DNA of 42,757 nucleotides. Source: Candidatus Methanophagales archaeon. Lineage in GTDB: Archaea; Halobacteriota; Syntropharchaeia; Alkanophagales; Methanospirareceae. The notes beneath the pieces were generated by a model. That model ran no database searches, was not told where the DNA came from, and saw only the letters and a program-made list of their open reading frames with translations. The stretch lies in contig JACUTR010000003.1 in NCBI GenBank assembly GCA_014859735.1, positions 1 to 42,757 on the forward strand, written 5' to 3'. The translations under genes were made by a program, and so were the position numbers. This document shows positions 36,389 through 42,757 of this stretch, in pieces (positions within the stretch are counted from its first letter, which is position 1; each line of letters begins with the position of its first letter).

Positions 36389-39139
36389 ATGGGGGGATAT
36401 GAGAAGATGACACCCTTACCAAAGAAGCCATTTATTGTGGGATTTAAGGAAATCGATAAGGGGGCCAGAGATATTCTCATTGTCGGCGGAAAGGGGGCAA
36501 GCCTTGCCGAACTCGGGAATGTCCCGGGTGTGAGGGTACCGGGGGGCTTTAATGTAACCGTTGAGTCATATGAACGTTTTTTAGAGGTAAATAACCTACG
36601 CAGTCCTATAAAAGAACTTGAAGTCCTTTCTGAGCCCTGGATCAAGCGGGAATTGGAGAAGCTCAAATTGGAAGAGGAGCGCGAGGGGAGAGAAAAGAAG
36701 ATAGAAGAGATACTCGAACGACAAAAGGAGCTGGAAGAAGCTCTCTTCGCACAGGGGGAACGAATCAGAAAGGAGATGGAGCGCGGGCAAATACCTTCCG
36801 AGGTCGAGCGCGCAATAAAAGCTCACTACGTTACTCTTTGCCAGGAAATCGGAACTACAGATGTCCCAGTAGCGGTGAGGAGTTCCGCGACCGCTGAGGA
36901 TATGCCCACCGCCTCGTTTGCCGGTCAGCAGGAGACTTTTTTGAATGTGCGCGGGGAGGCTCAAGTTGCGGAAGCAGTGAAGAAGTGCTGGATCTCGCTC
37001 TACGGAAAGCGGGCGATCTATTACCGGAATGCGTATCGTGCAAAATTCTTGAAAGAAGCGGGTACATCATCTTCTGACGACCCGATATTCCTTCACTCGA
37101 GGGTTCACTTATGTGCTGTAGTCCAACAGATGGTAGATGCAAAAGCGGCAGGGGTTGTTTTCACGGTCCACCGAACCACTGGATGGCCGGGTATTCTTAT
37201 CGAAGCAAATTGGGGTTTAGGCGAATCAGTCGTAGGTGGCAAGGTGATTCCCGATTCCTGGGTCGTTGATCCTCATACCTGGGCAATTGTGGAGAAGACC
37301 ATTGGTACCAAGGATAAAATGGTGGTGTACAATGAAGAGGGAGGAATCGAATGGGTTGAGACACCCGAACCGATGCGGGACATCTTCTCTCTCACCGATG
37401 ACCAGGTAATAGCGTTAGCACGAGAGAATAAATCGGTTGAGACTGATTATCGGAAGCGCAAACCGGATTACAAATATGGTGATGGTGAGTTTGCAATCGA
37501 CGAGCATGATGTCCTCTTTGAGCTCCAGCATCGTCCTGAGACGGTGTATTCACAACAAGATGAAAATATCATAGAACTGAATAAGAAAATAGTGCCGGAG
37601 CTGGTGGCCAAGGAGGCGGAAAGGGCAGGTAACTTGATAATGAGGGGAGGTGTTACTGGATCTCCTGGGGCTGTTACCGGTAGGATGAATATCGTCCCGG
37701 ATGCATCTCAAATTGACCGGGTGCAGGGGGGAGATATTATCGTCACTGTCAGGACTGATCCAGATTGGGTCCCCGCAATGAAGCGAGCAAATGGTATCAT
37801 TACCGATGTTGGTGGAGCGAACTGCCATGCAGCGATTGTAAGCAGCGAACTTGGAATTCCGTGCGTCGTTGGCACTGGTATAGCCACTGAAGTATTGAAT
37901 ACTTTTAACGGGGAGAAAATTACCCTTGATGCAGATAACAGGGCAGTATACAAGGACGAACTTCCACTCGAGGAAGTGGGGGAGGACATAGAGGTGAATA
38001 AACTGCTGGGATCGCCAATTGAGACCCCTCTGGGGTTGATTCTTTCGAACATAAACGTTGCGAGAAAGCTGTGGCCGTTATCAAAGCTGGGCGAACAATT
38101 TCTCATCTCATTATTGAGGATAGAGTTCACGCTTATGGATATCGGTGTGCATGTACGTGCGCTTGAGGATTATGACAACGGTAAGTTGGAGGCAAGGGTA
38201 AAGGGCAAGGAAAACGAAGCGGAGCATATAAAAAGTATCATTCTTCGCATACAGGAAAGAACGAGGGGCTATCCCAGCGGGCAGGAATATTTCATCTCCA
38301 AGCTCAGTCAGGCACTCGAAGCTTTTGCCGCCGTATTTCCCCACTCCCAGATAATCGTAAGGACTACGGATTTCAAGACGAACGAATATTTGGGCCTCAT
38401 TGGAGGAGAGCTCTATGAGCCCACTGAGGCGAATCCAATGTTGGGCTGGAGAGGGCTTATCCGTTCCCTCGATCCCGAGAATAGAGCGGTATTTAAATGG
38501 GAGTTGGAGGCTATAAAGCGGGCAAGGGGGAATGGCTATAAAAATATCTGGGTAATGTTTCCCATGGTGAGGAACCCACTTGAGGTGAATGGTCTCAGGG
38601 AATGGATCGCAGAACTTAAAGAGAAGTACCGGGGTGTCATCGAGAAGGACTTGCCAAGAGATGTAAAGCGGTATTTGGAGATGTGGGATGATGGTTGGAG
38701 GGATGCATTCGAGATAATGAAAGAGGTTGGTCTTGAACCGGGGAAGGAGAATTTCCAGGTTGGGATAATGGTCGAGGTACCAACTGATGCGATAAGGATC
38801 CGGGACTATATCAAAACCGGGATCACCTTTATCTCGTTCGGCACGAATGATCTTACCCAATTCATTTTAGCCGTCGATAGGGACAATGAATTACTGCAGA
38901 GTATTCCGTGGTATTCAGAAGCGGATTCTGCGGTCGTGAGTTCTGTCCAGAAGGTAATTGAAGAGTGCAATTCAAGAGGGATAAAAACAGGAATTTGCGG
39001 AAGAGCTCCAACGACGGTTCCGGGATTTGCGGAGATGCTCGTGAATTCGCACATAGATTCGGTCGGGGTAGAGATATCGGCGTATATGCCGACCTGGGAG
39101 AAGATACAAGAGGCAGAGGAGAGAAGAGGAGTAATTTAA
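36389..39139 (+). CDS. ppsA: Phosphoenolpyruvate synthase (pyruvate,water dikinase), divergent
   Basis: VGGKGASL, AVRSSATAED...ASFAGQQET, WGLGESVV, CHAAIV, DFKTNEY, EANPMLGWRG, MVEVP, GTNDLTQ. Alternative start at 36407. Confidence 0.9.
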   Translation: MGGYEKMTPLPKKPFIVGFKEIDKGARDILIVGGKGASLAELGNVPGVRVPGGFNVTVESYERFLEVNNLRSPIKELEVLSEPWIKRELEKLKLEEEREGREKKIEEILERQKELEEALFAQGERIRKEMERGQIPSEVERAIKAHYVTLCQEIGTTDVPVAVRSSATAEDMPTASFAGQQETFLNVRGEAQVAEAVKKCWISLYGKRAIYYRNAYRAKFLKEAGTSSSDDPIFLHSRVHLCAVVQQMVDAKAAGVVFTVHRTTGWPGILIEANWGLGESVVGGKVIPDSWVVDPHTWAIVEKTIGTKDKMVVYNEEGGIEWVETPEPMRDIFSLTDDQVIALARENKSVETDYRKRKPDYKYGDGEFAIDEHDVLFELQHRPETVYSQQDENIIELNKKIVPELVAKEAERAGNLIMRGGVTGSPGAVTGRMNIVPDASQIDRVQGGDIIVTVRTDPDWVPAMKRANGIITDVGGANCHAAIVSSELGIPCVVGTGIATEVLNTFNGEKITLDADNRAVYKDELPLEEVGEDIEVNKLLGSPIETPLGLILSNINVARKLWPLSKLGEQFLISLLRIEFTLMDIGVHVRALEDYDNGKLEARVKGKENEAEHIKSIILRIQERTRGYPSGQEYFISKLSQALEAFAAVFPHSQIIVRTTDFKTNEYLGLIGGELYEPTEANPMLGWRGLIRSLDPENRAVFKWELEAIKRARGNGYKNIWVMFPMVRNPLEVNGLREWIAELKEKYRGVIEKDLPRDVKRYLEMWDDGWRDAFEIMKEVGLEPGKENFQVGIMVEVPTDAIRIRDYIKTGITFISFGTNDLTQFILAVDRDNELLQSIPWYSEADSAVVSSVQKVIEECNSRGIKTGICGRAPTTVPGFAEMLVNSHIDSVGVEISAYMPTWEKIQEAEERRGVI

Positions 39140-39199
39140 GAGTGAATAACTAGGAATTATAATGGTAGTTAGTAATAGAGTGTAAGTAAAAGAAAAGGA

Positions 39200-39793
39200 A
39201 TGTACCTAAAGATACGAGCGGTAGATGTTGTAAGGGTGCCACCAGAACGATTGGGTGACAATTTGCAGGACGTCGTGAAGGAGATGCTGCGAGAGAAGCT
39301 TGAAGGGCGAATGGATAAGAAGATAGGGATGTTCATTGCGATACTGGATATTGTGGCGATAAAAGAAGGGCGGATCATTATAGGAGACGCGGGCGTTTAT
39401 TATGAAACGGTTTTTAATGCGCTCGTTTTCAGGCCCAAGATGCAGGAGCTCGTCGAGGGCGAGGTGGTGGAGATAGTGGAATTTGGCGCCTTTGTGGAGA
39501 TCGGGCCGTTAGATGGGTTGTTACATATCAGTCAGATTACTGACGAATACATCTCGTATGATGAGAAGGGGTCGAAACTCATCACGAAGGATACGGGCAG
39601 AACATTAGGAGAGGGTGATAAGTTACGGGCACGAATAGTAGCGATCTCGCTCAATGAACATGATCCGGGTGATAGCAAGATAGGATTAACGATGCGACAG
39701 CCGGGCCTGGGGAAATTGGAGTGGCTGGAAGAGGAGCGGGGGAAAGAGAAAGGGACGGAGAAGGAGAAGGAGAAGGAGAAAGGGAAGGCATAA
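39200..39793 (+). CDS. rpoE1: RNA polymerase subunit Rpo7 (E')
   Basis: VRVPP..LG, GEVVEIVEFGAFV.IGP.DGL.HISQI, KIGLTMRQPGLGK.EW. Confidence 0.96.
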   Translation: MYLKIRAVDVVRVPPERLGDNLQDVVKEMLREKLEGRMDKKIGMFIAILDIVAIKEGRIIIGDAGVYYETVFNALVFRPKMQELVEGEVVEIVEFGAFVEIGPLDGLLHISQITDEYISYDEKGSKLITKDTGRTLGEGDKLRARIVAISLNEHDPGDSKIGLTMRQPGLGKLEWLEEERGKEKGTEKEKEKEKGKA

Positions 39794-39978
39794 TGGAGAA
39801 GGCGTGCAGGGATTGTCATAGGATCGTGGAAACTGGAAGGATGGTCTGCACATGCGGTTCAAACTCGATGAGCAGGGACTGGAGTGGGTACGTGGCGATT
39901 CTCGATGCAGGCGAGTCGAAGATCGCGGAAAAGTTGGGGATAAAGAAAGAGGGAAGGTACGCATTGAAAGTGAGGTGA
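39793..39978 (+). CDS. spt4: Transcription elongation factor Spt4 (RpoE'')
   Basis: MEKACRDCHRI...WSGYV.I.D...S.IAEKLGI...GRYALKVR; TAATG overlap with rpoE1. Confidence 0.93.
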   Translation: MEKACRDCHRIVETGRMVCTCGSNSMSRDWSGYVAILDAGESKIAEKLGIKKEGRYALKVR

Positions 39979-39989
39979 GAACTGATAAG

Positions 39990-40316
39990 ATGGAAGTAGA
40001 GATAACAAAGGAGAGGGAGAATCAGTTGGTGAGGAGGAAAGAAGTCTTTTTCAGACTGAGCCATGAAGCAGAAGGGGTCTCGCCGAGCAGAGAAGAGGCA
40101 CGAAATGCCTTGATAACGGCGCTCAAGTGCAGTCCGAACCTTCTCGTCATCGATAAGATGGGCACGGAGTTCGGGAAGAGAGAGACGGTTGGGTATGCAA
40201 AGGTATATGAGAGTGAAGAGCGGCTCAAAGAGATCGAGCGAGAACATATAATCAAACGGAACTTTGGTGGTTCAGGTAAAGAGAAGAGTGAAGGGAAGGT
40301 AAGAGAGGAGGCTTGA
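39990..40316 (+). CDS. rps24e: 30S ribosomal protein S24e
   Basis: [26 protein letters not shown]...GYAKVY. Confidence 0.95.
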   Translation: MEVEITKERENQLVRRKEVFFRLSHEAEGVSPSREEARNALITALKCSPNLLVIDKMGTEFGKRETVGYAKVYESEERLKEIEREHIIKRNFGGSGKEKSEGKVREEA

Positions 40317-40324
40317 TAGATAGA

Positions 40325-40492
40325 ATGGCTGCAATCCATACATTTTACGAAGTGGTTGAGGAGAAGGGGAAGGTAAAAACACACCGGAAACGGAAGGCAT
40401 GCCCGAGATGCGGTGCCGGCGTCTTTTTAGCGGAACATGAGGACAGGTACTCATGTGGTAAATGTGGGTATACTGAATTCAGGAAGAAATAG
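40325..40492 (+). CDS. rps27ae: 30S ribosomal protein S27ae
   Basis: Hand translation (55 aa, not in the ORF track): ...[35 protein letters not shown]. Confidence 0.95.
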   Translation: MAAIHTFYEVVEEKGKVKTHRKRKACPRCGAGVFLAEHEDRYSCGKCGYTEFRKK

Positions 40493-40569
40493 TACAGTAC
40501 GAGAAGATCAAAAATACCATTTTTCACCTTTTCTCTTTTTGTGGGATAAGAACAAACAATACATTCTGA

Positions 40570-40598
40570 TTCACCGCTTCTTTCATATCCGCTTCGGG
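40570..40598. repeat. 29-bp direct repeat, copy 1
   Basis: ttcaccgcttctttcatatccgcttcggg; one mismatch to 41298-41326. Confidence 0.9.
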
Positions 40599-40613
40599 GT
40601 TTGGGGCACTGGC

Positions 40614-40694
40614 TCATCTCCGGGATGTTGATAAAGTTCTATGTTTTGTATTTATGTCCTTTGAGAATTCATCAACTTCCAAAAACTCAGTCAT
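40614..40694 (-). pseudogene. Probable truncated RelE/ParE-like toxin N-terminus
   Basis: ATGA overlap with the DUF4065 stop; MTEFLEVDEFSKDINTKHRTLSTSRR* begins like RelE-fold toxins (EF.KD..). Confidence 0.45.
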
Positions 40695-41206
40695 TCATCT
40701 TCGTATTCTCTTGCAGAAAAGAGAGAATCTCGATAGAATACCAATTCATAGTCAATAATTTCACCATCTCGCGTTGCTTTATAAGGTAAATCACCATGTG
40801 AGAACTCACTTATCCGTGTGGCATTCATAGTAGAATATCGTGCTATATCCTCATCGATAATCTTTAATTCGTTTCCGGTGAGTAAATCCAATTGAGGTTC
40901 TTTAAGTGAGATATATCGGTGTTGAGTATATTTTCCTATCCCGATATCACAAATCTCGACTTTATCTTCGTCTTCGAGTTCTTTTACTACTCTGTCGAAA
41001 TGGACTGGAGCTGGTCCATGTTCCAATTTACGATAGCTCTCCCCGGTCAACGGCTCTTCAAACAGCTCATAATAATCGAAATCCAAGAAATAGAGTATTT
41101 TGAATAGTACCGTCTTACCCACGTTCTCCAAATGGCCACATTTATAGATTACATAATGTAAAACCTCTTTAAATTTTTCCATATCAAATTTTACATCCGT
41201 CACCAT
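40691..41206 (-). CDS. DUF4065 (Panacea/SocA-like) antitoxin
   Basis: GKTVLFKILYFLDFD.YE....LTGESY.KL.HGPAP ... IS.FSH.D.PY. Confidence 0.85.
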   Translation of the reverse strand: MVTDVKFDMEKFKEVLHYVIYKCGHLENVGKTVLFKILYFLDFDYYELFEEPLTGESYRKLEHGPAPVHFDRVVKELEDEDKVEICDIGIGKYTQHRYISLKEPQLDLLTGNELKIIDEDIARYSTMNATRISEFSHGDLPYKATRDGEIIDYELVFYRDSLFSAREYEDE

Positions 41207-41297
41207 CTTTAATGCCTCATATAATAAAAATTCTTTTTTGATAAAGAAGTTTTTCGGGTTAATATTTAAATTTTTCTATATTATTGCTGATTCCTCT

Positions 41298-41326
41298 TTC
41301 ACCGCTTCTTTCATAGCCGCTTCGGG
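41298..41326. repeat. 29-bp direct repeat, copy 2
   Basis: ttcaccgcttctttcatagccgcttcggg. Confidence 0.9.
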
Positions 41327-41364
41327 TCCTCTTCTGAATTTTTTTGGCTATGCATCTAAATCTC

Positions 41365-42609
41365 TTACGGATATGTAATTTCATCAGGGAACCAATAATC
41401 AGCTTGTATTTGCTGTAAATATCTTATTTTCTCTTCCTTTGTCTTAATAAGTTTAGCCGCCCTTATCACTTCTTTTTCAACTCTCTTCTTCTCAAAAACG
41501 TTAGAAAAAAAGGGAAAACTGTGCCTTACACAAATATTCTGACGGCGAACATTTTTCCTAAATTGTTTAACAAGTGCATCAGTCCAACCTGCCTCTGTAT
41601 GGATATGATAGTCCTCTTTTGTTTGATCTTTTTTCCAAGGATTATACTCGTCAAAAGTTTGGTCTAAAGGTCTATATCTGCAATCCGCAATCTGAACCTT
41701 CCATTCCCAGCATTTTATGCGCTTTCTTTCCATCTCTTCAAAAGGTATTTCCCAGTTGTAAAGCATGAAAACGTAAATGTCCTGAGAATTATAACCCCCT
41801 GTACGCAAAATACCAATTTGCTCTTCGATCTCTTGAAATTGCCCATATCCCCAATCCCACGCTATTCTTGGATCTCTAAAGCCCACTTTTTTTAACAGTT
41901 CCCCTAGATATGGCCTTTCCTTAAGCACTCTACCATCAAATCCGCTCTGTGATTCGCACCACAAAATCTTTTTTCTTTTTTTTAAATCGATAAGTTCTCG
42001 TAGAATATCCTCTATGTGTGTGTTTGCTAAAAAATTGTTGTCATAAAAAACGACTTTTCTTTTTTTAATTTCTTCTTTTACACTGCTTTTAGGTTTGAAA
42101 TTAGGTTCGATTTTTTTTACCCCACAAAACTCACAATTCCTAATACAGCCTCTTGAGGTATGAATTATTTGATAATCAATCGGATGAGGGTTCGCATTCG
42201 TTATAAGATCATAGGCAGGAAAATATTTCTCTGCTTCGTGCAGCACTCCTTCCTTCACTTCATCACAGCCCGTAAATTTTTTGCAGTGATCAGGCATAAA
42301 GGAAGCATAAATGCCACCAACTACTATTTTTGCATTAGGGAATACATGCTTATAATGTCGCACTGCATCCTTTACATACTTTGCCCAATAGGTAAATAAG
42401 GATGTAATCCAAACTTCTTGTGGGTTAAAGCTCAAAATATCTAAATCTGTAATCCCCTTGGTTATGCCTCTCACCAATTTGACTTCAATGCCCTTTGATC
42501 TGAGATAAGATGCTATCTTCAACAATCCTATGGGCAAAAAATTTTTATGATTTTTACTTTTGATAGGGATTGGAAAATCAGGCTCTACAAGTAGTATTCT
42601 TTTTTTCAT
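41365..42609 (-). CDS. Cobalamin-binding-domain radical SAM protein
   Basis: PIGLLKIASYL, VGGIYAS, TSRGCIRNCEFC (CX3CX2C), FYDNNFL; visibly AT-rich. Confidence 0.88.
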   Translation of the reverse strand: MKKRILLVEPDFPIPIKSKNHKNFLPIGLLKIASYLRSKGIEVKLVRGITKGITDLDILSFNPQEVWITSLFTYWAKYVKDAVRHYKHVFPNAKIVVGGIYASFMPDHCKKFTGCDEVKEGVLHEAEKYFPAYDLITNANPHPIDYQIIHTSRGCIRNCEFCGVKKIEPNFKPKSSVKEEIKKRKVVFYDNNFLANTHIEDILRELIDLKKRKKILWCESQSGFDGRVLKERPYLGELLKKVGFRDPRIAWDWGYGQFQEIEEQIGILRTGGYNSQDIYVFMLYNWEIPFEEMERKRIKCWEWKVQIADCRYRPLDQTFDEYNPWKKDQTKEDYHIHTEAGWTDALVKQFRKNVRRQNICVRHSFPFFSNVFEKKRVEKEVIRAAKLIKTKEEKIRYLQQIQADYWFPDEITYP

Positions 42610-42757
42610 ATTTCTTCATTCACAAATTTTTCTATGTTTATAATATGCAATGTATTTTGATTTTAGCAAGTTCTTTTTTACTTATCAGTCCCCTTTTATT
42701 TTAGTGTCATACATTGGATTTGGTTGTCTAAAAACTATGCTTCACTCCCACCAGGCT

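Noticed and set aside
6480-38860. Long antisense ORFs (e.g. 6480-7121, 14337-15092, 27102-27650, 38111-38860)
   Set aside because: They lie opposite well-supported genes and lack motifs; codon-bias shadows.
39740-39790. (GAGAAG)n tract
   Set aside because: Ordinary EK-rich Rpo7 tail; in-frame unit, no phase-variation potential.

Overview
This is an archaeal chromosomal window. Evidence: TFB, Rpo7/Spt4, S24e/S27ae, AglB, geranylgeranyl reductase and archaetidylserine synthase. Gene content and style suggest Methanomicrobia, possibly ANME-1/Methanophagales; that placement is inference. Housekeeping genes: hbd and crt-like beta-oxidation pair, corA, GGR, copA, aglB, tfb, a ugd-galU-uxs-GT2 sugar operon, GTP-PEPCK, Lrp, DHPS-like, UbiA/MenA-like, NDH-2-like, DRG GTPase, dapB, YhaM-like, pssA, ppsA and rpo7-spt4-S24e-S27ae. 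Three accessory parts stand out: (i) a large secreted multidomain protein at the left edge that the ORF track missed; (ii) a redox/metal cluster built around a CooS homolog with altered C-cluster ligands; (iii) a low-GC right end with a B12 radical SAM gene and a DUF4065 antitoxin plus toxin remnant. The most notable signals are small DNA elements: an integron attC-like site between a decayed hicA and a co-oriented methyltransferase gene; AT-rich palindromes that sit in frame inside three unrelated proteins; three copies of a GC-rich GNA-triloop hairpin element, one of which supplies the TFB C-terminus; and a 29-bp direct repeat bracketing the TA module. I saw no rRNA, tRNA, CRISPR array, integrase or transposase. 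All family assignments were made by eye from motifs, without database searches.
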